Assembly (NCBI GenBank): GCA_965203805.1
Contig: OZ241917.1
Location: 1,440,001 to 1,504,000 of the forward strand
Length of the DNA: 64,000 bases
Direction of reading: 5' to 3'
Origin: Candidatus Latescibacterota bacterium
GTDB taxonomy: Bacteria; Latescibacterota; UBA2968; GCA-2709665
Positions 39,641-50,585 of this stretch are shown here, piece after piece; the first letter of the stretch is position 1; every line of letters starts with the position of its first letter. Position numbers and translations under genes: made by a program. A model generated the notes under the pieces. It did not search any database. It was not told where the DNA came from and saw nothing but the letters and a program-made list of their open reading frames with translations.

Positions 39641-40872
39641 TTTGGTACATCTTCTCCTGATGCCTGCGATTCCCCGATCACATCCGGATCCGAGAGCGCG
39701 ACTTCGTCGCCTTCCGACAGGCCGTTTACCACGATGACATGTGTGTTGCTTTCCGCACCAAGCGTAACGGGCTGCGCCTCAAAACTCTTACCGTTCCGAC
39801 GGTAGACGATGGGTTTCCCGCTAAGTTCAAATACTGCCGGAAGTGGAACGGACAGCACGTCAGGGATCTTTTCAACAAGCAGCCGACAACTGACGGTCAT
39901 CCCGGGCAGGAGTCTTTTGTCCTGCCCGTCAAGTATTACAACGACGTCGAACACCTTGACCTTGGCTTCCTTCGATTTGTTCCGCGCAAGCATGGCGACT
40001 TCAATTACGCGTCCCGTGAATGTGGTATCGGGAAATGCATCGAGTGTAACCGCTGCCTGTTGTTCGAGCTTTACTTTGGAGATTTCGATCTCGCTTGTTT
40101 GAACTTTCGCCTTCATCTGGCTCAGGTCAGGCAGGCCGATTACTGGCCAACCCGCATAAATCTGATCGTCGACCTGGTATTTGTTGCGAGTGTAGGGGTT
40201 CTTCCGGAGGATCGCGATGCCCGATGCGGGAGCGGTGACTGTGAGCATGGCAAGTGTCATTTCCGCGGCGCCCAGTTTGGCCCTCTCCTGCTGCAATTTC
40301 AGCTGCAGCTTGCTGATTTCTTCTCGGTGGATACTTCTCTTGTTCTCCAATTCCCGGGTAGCCTGGTCCAGCTTGATGGCGGCTTCCTCGAGTCGAAACT
40401 CGTCCTGTTTACGATCGATTTCGGCTTTGTACGCGGCCTGTTTCAGCTTTAGTTGTGCAATCTTGTGATTTATGTGCGATATTTCGAGATCGATCTCAAG
40501 GCCTTCGATCTCGGAGCCGTTATTTGCCCGTGCTTTGCGGAGTTCTGCCTCAGCGATCTCGAGATTGGACCTGGCCTCGTCAGTCGCTTTCTGCACTTCC
40601 CCTTTGTCAAATTGAATGAGCAGATCCCCTTCCTCAACCTGCCTGCCATCTTCAACCAGCTTGACAATCTTGAGGTCGCCGAATCGCCAGTCGATAGGAG
40701 GTGCTGAAACGACCACGGATCGGACGGCTGCGAGTTCTCCGGTAACGGTGATGTTGCTCTCGAATTCCCCCGGCTTTACAATGTACGTTTCCACCGACGG
40801 AGCGACTACGCCTCCGCAGGCCGTTAGTGCTGCAAGACCCAAGAGAGCGAACAGGGAGTTGGGCGTCCACAT
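39637..40872 (-). CDS. Periplasmic adaptor (MFP) subunit 2
   Basis: Lipobox LTAC, TGELAA, LPDLS.M, LLPGMT, GL.EGD.V. Confidence 0.87.
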   Translation of the reverse strand: MWTPNSLFALLGLAALTACGGVVAPSVETYIVKPGEFESNITVTGELAAVRSVVVSAPPIDWRFGDLKIVKLVEDGRQVEEGDLLIQFDKGEVQKATDEARSNLEIAEAELRKARANNGSEIEGLEIDLEISHINHKIAQLKLKQAAYKAEIDRKQDEFRLEEAAIKLDQATRELENKRSIHREEISKLQLKLQQERAKLGAAEMTLAMLTVTAPASGIAILRKNPYTRNKYQVDDQIYAGWPVIGLPDLSQMKAKVQTSEIEISKVKLEQQAAVTLDAFPDTTFTGRVIEVAMLARNKSKEAKVKVFDVVVILDGQDKRLLPGMTVSCRLLVEKIPDVLSVPLPAVFELSGKPIVYRRNGKSFEAQPVTLGAESNTHVIVVNGLSEGDEVALSDPDVIGESQASGEDVPK

Positions 40873-40894
40873 TAAACGCTCCAGTCCGATTTCA

Positions 40895-42184
40895 TTAGCG
40901 CGGTGGCTGGCGCAGGGCGAGCTCATCTCCAGCCTCCAGGTTACCTTCGATCACTGCATAATCGGAATTCCTGGCTTTCAATTTCACCCGTCGCGATGTA
41001 AATCTCTTCCCTTCTCGTACATGAACCACATACGTGCTGTCCTGTTCGAAAACACAATCAAGCGGCGCAACCAGGGCCTTAGGCACTCTCTCAGCGAAAA
41101 TACGCACGCGCGCGGAAAGCCCGCTTTTGAATGCAGACGTTGTAGAGTCCAGTTCCACGATGACTTCGACCTGTTTCATCCTGGAACCTTTTTTCAAGGG
41201 TACCGCACGTTTCGCTACTCGTGCAACCCTTCCGGTCACCGGTTCCCTTCTCAACGCCGAAATCACAACTTCCGCGTGCTGACCTTCTTTCAATTGTTGC
41301 GCCTGGATTTCGCCAACTTGCACTTTCACTTGCATAACTGACGGATCGGGGATCCGTACGACGGCTTCACCTGGATATTTCGCACCCCCTTCCTGCGGTT
41401 TTACTGCCCGCCATCCTCTCTCATAGATCACAATGCCTGCCGTTGGCGCTCTTATGCTCAACTTTCGGATCGTTTCTTCTGCCTCGTTGAGTTTGCGTTC
41501 AGCCTGCTTGATAAGGATGTCCGCGTGCGCACGCTCCTCTTTCAGGATCTCCGCAATGGATGCAAGCTTCCTGCTGGTTTTTTCGGCCCGCAACTCGTTT
41601 CGTTTCATTTCAAGCCGTTTGATTTCCCTTAGCCGCGGCGCTACGAACATGAGCCTCCCCAACTGAAGCTTTGATACCGCCGCAGCGGCGTTCGCGCTCT
41701 CCCGGTCTGCTTCCAGCATGAATTGCTGGGCCCTCAATTCCGCTTGTTTCTTGTTGGCATCGGCGCGAGCGATTGCGAGCGCGTTAGTTGCGGTCCGATG
41801 GTCGTTTTCGAAAGGCTGGGGATCGAATCTGACGACCACTTCATCCTTCTTAACGGAAGATCCTTCCGGCGTCAGATACGTGATTTCGAGTTGCCGCCAT
41901 TTACGCAGCGTGGGTGCGGTCAGCGTCGTTGCCCGTTTCGCCTCCAATTCGCCGTCGGCCTCAACACTTACAATAAAGGGTTGTTTTGAAAGGGTATAGA
42001 CAAGATGGGGCTGGGCAGACCTGTCGGGAGCACATCCGAACAGAACGACAGACAGTCCGCACAGGATCAGAAAGGCGGGTGAGGTCGGCCGCGGAAACTG
42101 CTGAGTATATGTCCCTGGAGGCGCCATTGTAAAATGGGGAAGACAGGAATACCGGAACGAGGTGGGTGATCTGAGGTCGGACAT
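40895..42184 (-). CDS. Periplasmic adaptor (MFP) subunit 1
   Basis: Lipobox LFGC, GELEA, RAP..G, IPD.S.M; the start may be 42127. Confidence 0.85.
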   Translation of the reverse strand: MSDLRSPTSFRYSCLPHFTMAPPGTYTQQFPRPTSPAFLILCGLSVVLFGCAPDRSAQPHLVYTLSKQPFIVSVEADGELEAKRATTLTAPTLRKWRQLEITYLTPEGSSVKKDEVVVRFDPQPFENDHRTATNALAIARADANKKQAELRAQQFMLEADRESANAAAAVSKLQLGRLMFVAPRLREIKRLEMKRNELRAEKTSRKLASIAEILKEERAHADILIKQAERKLNEAEETIRKLSIRAPTAGIVIYERGWRAVKPQEGGAKYPGEAVVRIPDPSVMQVKVQVGEIQAQQLKEGQHAEVVISALRREPVTGRVARVAKRAVPLKKGSRMKQVEVIVELDSTTSAFKSGLSARVRIFAERVPKALVAPLDCVFEQDSTYVVHVREGKRFTSRRVKLKARNSDYAVIEGNLEAGDELALRQPPR

Positions 42185-42385
42185 GCACCGTCCCTTGCCA
42201 TGCAGTTAGACGACACAAACCACCGGATAGTTCTGGCACACTTTCGGACTTGCACAGATATCCGGGTCACGAGTACGCCTGCCGTGGCCCGTTTGGGTCC
42301 GGCAGCGTCACCGCTTCCCCGATCGATTCGGGTTCGCAAGACTGACTGGAGATGTCGTGAGCGCGCTTTTGGACGAGGAATCCGT

Positions 42386-44806
42386 CTATTCCTGCCGCAA
42401 GACGTCTGCCGGAATTGCGCGAGCCGCTCTGGCGGCTTGCCAGCCGACGGTCAAAAGAGCGATGCAGAGCGCCAGTGCGCCGGAAAGCGCGAACGTCCAC
42501 CAACCGACGTCGACCCGATAGGCGAAATCCTGGAGCCAGGTATCCGCGGCGAAATGCGCGACGGGCCATGCGATGACGATAGCGATGATCACCAGCTTTA
42601 CGAAGTCTTTGGACAGCAGGGCAACAACGCTGGACGCGGATGCGCCGAGGACTCTGCGGATGCCGATTTCTTTCGTGCGACGCTCGGCGGTGAAGGATGC
42701 GAGCCCGAATAAACCCAGAAAAGCCACAAGGATCGCCAGCCCCGAGAATGCGCCGAAAACCTCCATCAATCGCGTCTCGTTTCGATAAAGTTGGTCGAAG
42801 TCAAAATAGGAATCGAGAAAAGTATAGCTAAAGTGTTGTGAGGGCGCGATCTCAGCCCATTTGTCCCTCAGGAATTGCAGCGTTGGCGGGACAGAACCGG
42901 GGCGCAATTTTGCGACGAGATGACGGGCGTGCCCGACACCCAAGTTATCAAGGTGCAAGCGCAACGCTAATGGTTCGATTTTGTGATGCAGCGACCGAAT
43001 ATGGAAATCCTGTACAATACCCAAGATTTCGCCGGTTGACTTTACGATATCTCCGAAATTCATGTGCACTGTCTGACCGGTGTTTCTCCCGATACCCAAC
43101 AACCGGGCGGCTGATTCATTCAGAATGACACCGTCACTGGATTTGGTGGCGAAAGCAGACGTAAAATTCCGCCCGGCTACTAAGTTAACCCCCAACGTCT
43201 CCAGATAATCCTGATCGATATACCATGTCTTGATTGTTGCCTCTTTACTACCGGTTGCCCCCATTAGCTTATATTTAGATCCGGTCCAAGGGTCTTCCCC
43301 GGGCACGAAAGAGGCAAGTGACACGTTGAGGATATTCGGATTTCGCATCAGTTCGTTTTTTATCGTCTGGTAGCGACCCTCCATGGAATACGTAGCATAT
43401 TTAATTCCTTGTGTATTCAGAATGACCACGTCGCGTGCATCGAATCCCAAATTCTTGGCTCCGAGGAAATGCAACTGTCTCATGACGACGGCTGTTGTGG
43501 CGACCAGACCAATAGAAATCGTAAATTGCAATATCACAAGGCCCTTTCTAAATCCTGCGCTTCTATGTGTAGCAGTCGAAAGGTCCTTCAACATCGAAGA
43601 GGGGCTGATATGCGACAGGAACAAAGCCGGATAGCTCCCCGCCAAAATACCGACAACCAGTGCGGCTGCACCCAGAATACAAAGGTAACGGCCGCCGTAG
43701 GTGATGCTGAGCGACCTGCCGACGGCAGCATTCAGAAATGGAAGAGACATTTCGGTTAGCATGACGGCAACGGTAAATGCAAGAAACGCGACAGTTACAG
43801 CTTCGCCCAGGAATTGCCGGATCAGTTGCCGGCGGTCCGCCCCCACGACTTTGCGCAGACCCACTTCCCGGGCCCGGTTGGCGGAGCGCGCGGTCGCCAG
43901 ATTCATATAGTTCGCGCAGGCAATCACCAGGATGAGAACCCCCACAGAACCAAACAGGTACAATTCATTAATGTCGCGATTGGCGCCCAGTTCGTGCTCG
44001 AGATGGGAATGTAAATGGATATCCGTCAACGACATCAATCGAAATGGTCTGACGGTTCTTGCCGCTCGCGATTCGGAACTTTCATCAGGCTCGTTTGGAG
44101 TAAACTGAAGGGGCAACCAGTCGCGGAGTTTCCCTTCCAATTTCTGGGCCGACGCACTCACGTCCAGGAGGAGATAGGTGTAGACCAACGCCTCCGCCCG
44201 CTCTCCTACGGAATAGTCAGCGTATGAAACGAGTCCCTCGAAGGCAACATGGGAATACCGGGGAATTTCGTCGAGCACGCCGGTTACCTGATAGGTTGTC
44301 GTATCTGATCGACCCGGCATTAGTAATCGCTTGCCTATCGGATCAACATCGCCGAAGTAGCGTCTCCCCATGTCCTGAGAAATTACAATCGCATCGGGCG
44401 ACGCAAGCGCCGTCTTTGGATCTCCCTGAACGAGCGAAAATGAGAATACATCGAAAAAGCTTTGCGTCGCAAACAGCAGTTCTTCTTCGTGGAATTTCCG
44501 ATCCTTGTACGTCAAGAGCATCCTTGAGATTCGCTTGATGCGCACGACGTTTTCAATTTCGGGAAAATCTGTAACGAGCCTCGGTCCGAGATGCGCATTC
44601 GCATACGGCATATTTTTCGATGTTGAAAACCGGTATATTCGGTCGACGTGCTGGTGAAACCGGTCGTAACGCAATTCATTCTCGATCAACAGCCCGATCA
44701 TCAGGCAGCACGCGATCCCCACTGCAAGCCCGGCAATATTGATGGCAGAATAGAGCTTATACCGGCGCATATTGCGAAGGGTAATGAGCAGGTAGTTTCG
44801 GAACAT
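42386..44806 (-). CDS. Duplicated-domain FtsX/MacB-like ABC permease, paralog A
   Basis: MFRNY...S.INI.GLA.G, ACANYMNLATARS..RA.EVGLRKV.GA, GLFGL..FTAERRTKEIGIR.VLGA. Confidence 0.92.
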   Translation of the reverse strand: MFRNYLLITLRNMRRYKLYSAINIAGLAVGIACCLMIGLLIENELRYDRFHQHVDRIYRFSTSKNMPYANAHLGPRLVTDFPEIENVVRIKRISRMLLTYKDRKFHEEELLFATQSFFDVFSFSLVQGDPKTALASPDAIVISQDMGRRYFGDVDPIGKRLLMPGRSDTTTYQVTGVLDEIPRYSHVAFEGLVSYADYSVGERAEALVYTYLLLDVSASAQKLEGKLRDWLPLQFTPNEPDESSESRAARTVRPFRLMSLTDIHLHSHLEHELGANRDINELYLFGSVGVLILVIACANYMNLATARSANRAREVGLRKVVGADRRQLIRQFLGEAVTVAFLAFTVAVMLTEMSLPFLNAAVGRSLSITYGGRYLCILGAAALVVGILAGSYPALFLSHISPSSMLKDLSTATHRSAGFRKGLVILQFTISIGLVATTAVVMRQLHFLGAKNLGFDARDVVILNTQGIKYATYSMEGRYQTIKNELMRNPNILNVSLASFVPGEDPWTGSKYKLMGATGSKEATIKTWYIDQDYLETLGVNLVAGRNFTSAFATKSSDGVILNESAARLLGIGRNTGQTVHMNFGDIVKSTGEILGIVQDFHIRSLHHKIEPLALRLHLDNLGVGHARHLVAKLRPGSVPPTLQFLRDKWAEIAPSQHFSYTFLDSYFDFDQLYRNETRLMEVFGAFSGLAILVAFLGLFGLASFTAERRTKEIGIRRVLGASASSVVALLSKDFVKLVIIAIVIAWPVAHFAADTWLQDFAYRVDVGWWTFALSGALALCIALLTVGWQAARAARAIPADVLRQE

Positions 44807-44886
44807 AGCGAAGCTCCAGAATCTAATAAACGAGAGATTGCGGGCGCCCGAGCCATCCAATGACGAATTGTTCCACCGTTGAATGA

Positions 44887-45004
44887 ATCAAAACCCGTGC
44901 CAAGTGTATATGTCACGGTTTACCAGTGATTTATTACAAAAGGGAAATCGCCGAAGCATTCTGGATGTGTTCGTTTTTGGAACAGCAGTGTCCGAAAATG
45001 AACA
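44887..45004 (-). promoter_or_regulatory. sigma54-type promoter cassette, copy 1
   Basis: TTGGCACGGGTTTTGAT; IHF-like box at 44921; boxes tgttcgtttttggaaca (44968) and tgtccgaaaatgaaca (44989). Confidence 0.75.
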
Positions 45005-45315
45005 TCAAAAACGTGCGGGGAGGAATGACGGAAGAAGGGACTTCTGCTGAACGTGGTAAGGAAATTGACTGCGAGGGCAATGGCGCGAGGAAAACTCCGC
45101 CGGAGAATTCGCCAATGTTTGAGTTAAAGGCGTGAAGCCTTTGATCGAAGAATCAGCAATCGGACAAACCCCTGAGTATTGCAGACGCGTTGACGTCGTC
45201 ACCAAATTGACAGATTCTCTCGACGACATCGTCCGTTGGCTTGACCTGTATCCAGGAATTGACTCATCCAGACATTTGACCAGCGATACCGACGACACAC
45301 GTGGCCTTCCCGACG

Positions 45316-47742
45316 TCATTCCTGCCGCAAGACGTCCGCCGGATTTGTCCGAGCGGCTCTGGCGGCCTGCCAGCTGACGGTCAAGAGAGCGATACCGAGC
45401 GCTAGTGCGCCAGCAAGCGCGAACGTCCACCAACCGACGTCGACCCGATAGGCGAAGTTTTGGAGCCAGGAATCCGCAGCGTAATGCGCAACGGGCCATG
45501 CGATGAGGATAGCGATTATCACCAGCTTCACAAAGTCTTTGGACAGCAGGGCAACAACGCTGAAAGCTGACGCGCCGAGTACTCTGCGAATGCCGATTTT
45601 TTTCGTGCGACGCTCTGCCGTGAAGGATGCGAGCCCGAATAACCCCAGAAAAGCCACGAATATTGCCAGTCCCGAGAATGCACCGAAAACCTTCATCAAG
45701 CGCGTCTCATTTCGATAAAGTTGGTCAAAGTCAAGATACGAGTCCAGTAATCGATAACGAAAGTACCGTGACGGCGCCAATTCGGCGAATTTCTCTCTCA
45801 GAAATGGAAGCGCCGCCAGCACAGCGCCGGGACGTGTTTTTACGACGAGTTCATAGGCATTTATCAAGCCAATTTTGCCAAGATTCGGCCGCAACGCCGT
45901 TGGCTCGACTCTGTGATGCAGCGAACGAATATGGAAGTCCCGTACAATTCCTACTATTGTGCCGGTTGTTATCAGGTCGCCCCAAAGATTCATACGCACC
46001 CTCTGACCTGTGGTCTTTCCGATACCCATTGCTCGGGCAGCCGACTCGTTGAGGATAACTTCATCATTCGTCATGGTAGCGAAATTCAATGTGAGATTCC
46101 TTCCGGCAATGAGGTCGATGCCCATGGTTTCCAGGTAATCCCGATCGACACATGTCGTCTTGAACCCCAGCGGCTTGCTTGCAGGCGAGTCTATCAATGT
46201 AAACTCGTTTGTGATCCAATAATTCTGCCCCGGTAGACTGGACGCAATTGACACATTGAGAATGTTTGGGTTCCGTGTCAGTTCGTCCTTGATAGTTTGG
46301 ATGCGATGCTCGGCGGGCGTTCCGATCGCACTTATTTCCCCTGCGTCCAACACAACCACGTCTCGTTTTTCGAAGCCCAGGTTCTTTTTGTTCATGAAAT
46401 GCAACTGTCGAAGGGCTACAGCAGTTGTGCCAATCAACCCTATAGAAATCGCAAATTGCAATATCACCAGTACCTGTCTAAACTCTGCGCTTCTATGTGT
46501 CCCCGTCGAAAGATCCTTCAACATCGAAGAGGGGCTGAAGTGCGACAGGAACAAAGCCGGATAGCTCCCAGCCAAAATACCGACAACCAGTGCGGCCGCA
46601 CCCAGAATACAAAGGAAACGGCCGCCGTAGGTGATACTGAGCGACCTGCCGACGGCAGCATTCAGAAATGGAAGAAACATCTCGGTTAGCATGACGGAAA
46701 CGGTAAATGCGAGGAAGGTCACAATTACAGCTTCGCCCAGGAATTGCCGGATCAGTTGCCGGCGGTCTGCCCCCACGACTTTGCGCAGACCCACTTCTCG
46801 TCCCCTGTTGACTGAACGGGCGGTCGCCAGATTCATATAGTTCGCGCAGGCTATCAGCAGGACGAGAATTCCGATTGAACCGAGCAGGTACAATTCAATA
46901 ATGTCGCGATTGGGTCCAAGCTCGTGATCCAGCTGGGAATGCAAATGGATATCTTCAAGAGGCGTTAGCCGGAACGGCCTGGTGGTCCTACCTCTCTGAG
47001 ATGCAGATTCACCTTCAGGCGCGTTGGATGTGTACTGATGTGGAAGCCAGTCACGGATCTTGTTCACCAATTCCCGGGCCTTCGCACTTTCGTCCAGGAG
47101 GAGATAGGTGTAGGCGATAGCGGACTCGCGTTCACCCCAGGAATTGGCAGAATAGGGGACCAGCCCTTGGAAGGGAAAGTGGGAATGCCTCGGTACGTTA
47201 TACAGAATGCCTGTGACCTGCACCGCCCTTTCGTCTAAATATCCTGAGTTTATTATCAAAGACTTGCCAATGGCGTCATCTGCGCCGAAGTAGCGTTTTG
47301 CCATCTCCTGGGAGATTACAATCGCATCGGGCGACTCAAGCGCGGTCCCGAGATCGCCCTTAAGAAGCCTGAAAGAGAATACGTTGAAGAAATTGGGGGT
47401 CGCATACAGCAATTCCTCCTCGAGGAATTCGCGGTTCAGATATGCCATTGGCGTCCCTGCGCTAGATACGTGCGCAAGGCGGACGACCTGTTCAATTTCA
47501 GGAAAATCCGCTGCTAGCCTGGGTCCGAGATGCCCGTTTGTGTATGCATTATTCCACGTTGAAAGACGATATATTCTGTCAGCATATCGGTGGAACCGGT
47601 CGTAGCGCAATTCATCCTCGATTAACAGCCCAATCATCAGGCAGCACGCGATTCCTACTGCAAGCCCGGCGATATTGATGGCCGAATAGAGCTTGTAGCG
47701 ACGCATATTGCGAAGGGTGATGAGAAGCACGTTTCGAAACAT
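45316..47742 (-). CDS. Duplicated-domain FtsX/MacB-like ABC permease, paralog B
   Basis: Same motifs as paralog A, with near-identical TM segments. Confidence 0.92.
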   Translation of the reverse strand: MFRNVLLITLRNMRRYKLYSAINIAGLAVGIACCLMIGLLIEDELRYDRFHRYADRIYRLSTWNNAYTNGHLGPRLAADFPEIEQVVRLAHVSSAGTPMAYLNREFLEEELLYATPNFFNVFSFRLLKGDLGTALESPDAIVISQEMAKRYFGADDAIGKSLIINSGYLDERAVQVTGILYNVPRHSHFPFQGLVPYSANSWGERESAIAYTYLLLDESAKARELVNKIRDWLPHQYTSNAPEGESASQRGRTTRPFRLTPLEDIHLHSQLDHELGPNRDIIELYLLGSIGILVLLIACANYMNLATARSVNRGREVGLRKVVGADRRQLIRQFLGEAVIVTFLAFTVSVMLTEMFLPFLNAAVGRSLSITYGGRFLCILGAAALVVGILAGSYPALFLSHFSPSSMLKDLSTGTHRSAEFRQVLVILQFAISIGLIGTTAVALRQLHFMNKKNLGFEKRDVVVLDAGEISAIGTPAEHRIQTIKDELTRNPNILNVSIASSLPGQNYWITNEFTLIDSPASKPLGFKTTCVDRDYLETMGIDLIAGRNLTLNFATMTNDEVILNESAARAMGIGKTTGQRVRMNLWGDLITTGTIVGIVRDFHIRSLHHRVEPTALRPNLGKIGLINAYELVVKTRPGAVLAALPFLREKFAELAPSRYFRYRLLDSYLDFDQLYRNETRLMKVFGAFSGLAIFVAFLGLFGLASFTAERRTKKIGIRRVLGASAFSVVALLSKDFVKLVIIAILIAWPVAHYAADSWLQNFAYRVDVGWWTFALAGALALGIALLTVSWQAARAARTNPADVLRQE

Positions 47743-47818
47743 GAAGAGCGTCCCTGATGTAAATGCCTAGCACGCAGAGGAATCACATATTCAGTTGACG
47801 ACAGACTATACCAAACAG

Positions 47819-47937
47819 ATCAAAAATCGTACCAAATTTGCATATGCATTTTTTTCAGGAAGTTATATAAAACCGCCAGGAAGCAGGAACCACCGGATAG
47901 TGTTCGTTCTTGATACAGTATTGTTCGAAAACAGACA
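47819..47937 (-). promoter_or_regulatory. sigma54-type promoter cassette, copy 2
   Basis: TTGGTACGATTTTTGAT; IHF-like box at 47853; boxes tgttcgttcttgataca (47901) and tgttcgaaaacagaca (47922). Confidence 0.72.
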
Positions 47938-48400
47938 CTGATATGGCTCGGATAGTTTTGGAGAGTCAAATATTCTCGCGCGGGAATCCCGTCAATGGGC
48001 ACTGGTGGATCTAAGGCGCGTGTAAGGCTTGTTCAGGCGATCCGGCTGGAATTGAACCCGATTGGGGCATTTTCGCCTTGCCGCAAAGCCGATCTAATGA
48101 GGACCACGAGCAAGTGAAACCGGTGTATGTTTTCGCTACGCTTTGGAGTATCTGTTCGTGCAACCAGACTAATGGATTGCCGCCGTCAACGTGGACCATG
48201 GAAGCCCCGCCAATTCCCATCATCCTGGCTGGATGGACGCAGCGGCGTGCATGACTGGGAACCCGGGAAGTTCGAGATCGATTCGCAGGCGCCCAACGGA
48301 ATCGGCATTCCCATATATCAAGGTCGCAGCGACCCTTGCTCAGGCGGCTGTGGACGATCAAATTCCCAGAATCGGGAATCCGGATGCTGCGAGCCTTATG

Positions 48401-50509
48401 CTATTGTCCCTCTTTCAAGTATTGATTGAACCAGCCGAGTACGCTCTTGTAATAATCCCTGGTATCCTCAGCCGACCCCTCAGTCAAATGATGGCCTTCA
48501 CGCTTGTATTCTCGCATTTCCACTCGTTTGCCGAGTCGCCTGAGACCGAGGAATATCTCTCGTGCACCTACCGATCCCGGCAAATCGTGGGTTCCACATA
48601 TAACCAACACCGGCGCTTCGACCCGGTCGAAAGCAAAGAGCGGCGAGTTTTCGATATAGGCATCTCGTTTCTCCCAGAGATTTCCACCATTTCGAGCCTG
48701 CCGGCCCTCGCACCAATGCATTCCATTTACATCCACGAGATAAGTGCTGGCCATGTTGATTCCGAACGGCGCGCTGACTACCGCAGCACGGAAGGCCTTC
48801 GTGTGAGTCACCAATGCCATGACACCATAACCACCATAGCTGTGTCCCCAGACACCGATTCGGTTGTTGTCGGCAATACCCATTTCTATGGCTCGATTAA
48901 CCGCGGGTAGAGTGACCCGCACGATCTGATCAATCGGCTTGCTGTCCTCCATAATCGAGTCCGGGTATAGTGCAGCATAGCCGGCGCTGGTGAATAACTG
49001 TGCTTCCGAAAAATGCCGTTTGCCTTTTGATAGAGTATTCCCGGGATAGATCTTAACAATCATGGGCAGACGGCCCTCCGCCGGAGCGTTATTGGGAAGA
49101 AAAAGAGCAGCCTCCTGTACACGACCATTCGCATCCTTGAACTCTATGGTCTTGCGTACCGGTTGAGCCACATCGCAACGCCAGGGATTCGTATCAAATA
49201 GCGTCGTAGCCTCTCCATTGTCGAAAGCGTACGCATGTACCGTTTCTGTGCCAAGCGCGAAAACTGTACGCTGGGACGCGACAAGAGTAAATTCATCCAG
49301 GCTTGAATTCGGCGCGGGACAAACTCTGGTCATCTCGCCTGAAACCGAGTGGATTCGGACGATATAGTTCATGCTATCGCGAGTGTCAGTCGCATGGGCA
49401 AGAATATTGCCCCGATCGTCCCTATGAAGGACTGATTCTCCGTACCGTTGTGCAATCGCATTTATTCTGAGGTGATTGCCAGTCGAATCCTGGGAGAGTT
49501 GGCAGTTCCGACCGTCCTCGATGGACAGGTGATACAGAGTTCCTTTTTGAAGCCACATAATACGGCTGCTGTCATCGGTCCACCACGGCATTTGACGGTT
49601 AGCCAGGTACGAAGTGAATTTTGTAGCCATTTCAGGCTCAGTTGATCCGTCCGCAGGCGCAAGATAGAGGTATAGAGGTTCTCCCTCGTTTCCACCGGTT
49701 ACATAGGAAATCGTCTGGCTATCGGGCGACCACGAGAAACGACATGCATAAGTGTTGACCGGTACGTTCCTGGCGACCGTATAAGGTTCGCGACCGTCAA
49801 GTGGGACGATAATCACATCGGCAATCAGGTGGGGACGATCCACGGGAGATGAAATTTCATTGAGAAACGCGACAGCTTGCCCATCAGGCGCCATACGCAG
49901 GATACGCCGGGTGAGACCGGGCGCCAACTCCTTGACAATGCCTGTTTCGACTTCCAAAACGCCAATACACCTCTCCATTCCGGGCCGTTCAAAAAATGGG
50001 CTCTGCGGATCTGAGGCTGACCGGTCTGGCGTGTAAGATCGCACAATGATGTCGGAGGATGCAGTAGCGTATCGAGCATTCGGGACCAGCGGTACAATGA
50101 TCCGGCGACCGTCGGGAGTCCATTGAGGAACGTTAAAGTTGAAAGTCCAGGGAATCAAGGCGTTGGATACAATTGACACTTCGTGCGTATGCCTGTTCCA
50201 CAATCCTAAGCAGGCGTGAGCATCTTGTTCAACGACGTATGCGGCAAGCGTTTGTCCATCCGGAGACCATCGCCCCGCCCAGCTCATTTGCAGATCGGAA
50301 AACGGCTCGATAGACTCGCCTGTCTCAACGTCGATCAGGACAATGAATGACCCGTTTGCCTGAGTATTGTCGGTATCGTGTGGGACGCGACGCTTCCCCT
50401 GACTGAGCGTTACAGCAAGCAACCCGCCATCAGGTGAGACGTCCCACGGGCAACGATGGGTAAACTGGTTGACGTTCAAAAAATCATCGACAGTAAATGG
50501 CCTCGACAT
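48401..50509 (-). CDS. S9 prolyl oligopeptidase/acylaminoacyl peptidase family protein
   Basis: SPDG/WSPD propeller repeats, GHSYGG nucleophile, G.HD, EGH; AGGAG RBS. Confidence 0.9.
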   Translation of the reverse strand: MSRPFTVDDFLNVNQFTHRCPWDVSPDGGLLAVTLSQGKRRVPHDTDNTQANGSFIVLIDVETGESIEPFSDLQMSWAGRWSPDGQTLAAYVVEQDAHACLGLWNRHTHEVSIVSNALIPWTFNFNVPQWTPDGRRIIVPLVPNARYATASSDIIVRSYTPDRSASDPQSPFFERPGMERCIGVLEVETGIVKELAPGLTRRILRMAPDGQAVAFLNEISSPVDRPHLIADVIIVPLDGREPYTVARNVPVNTYACRFSWSPDSQTISYVTGGNEGEPLYLYLAPADGSTEPEMATKFTSYLANRQMPWWTDDSSRIMWLQKGTLYHLSIEDGRNCQLSQDSTGNHLRINAIAQRYGESVLHRDDRGNILAHATDTRDSMNYIVRIHSVSGEMTRVCPAPNSSLDEFTLVASQRTVFALGTETVHAYAFDNGEATTLFDTNPWRCDVAQPVRKTIEFKDANGRVQEAALFLPNNAPAEGRLPMIVKIYPGNTLSKGKRHFSEAQLFTSAGYAALYPDSIMEDSKPIDQIVRVTLPAVNRAIEMGIADNNRIGVWGHSYGGYGVMALVTHTKAFRAAVVSAPFGINMASTYLVDVNGMHWCEGRQARNGGNLWEKRDAYIENSPLFAFDRVEAPVLVICGTHDLPGSVGAREIFLGLRRLGKRVEMREYKREGHHLTEGSAEDTRDYYKSVLGWFNQYLKEGQ

Positions 50510-50585
50510 ATCTGACTCTCCTGGGGCTGATTGCTGTTGGTACCGGTGAAAGACTACCGGTCATTTGGGTTCTGATGTTACCACA

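Noticed and set aside
42386-47742. Near-identical segments read as a DGR template/variable pair
   Set aside because: Mismatches are not adenine-specific, both copies are coding TM regions, and there is no reverse transcriptase.
48011-48361. 116-aa ORF as a RiPP precursor or real gene
   Set aside because: No RBS, family motif or leader-like features.
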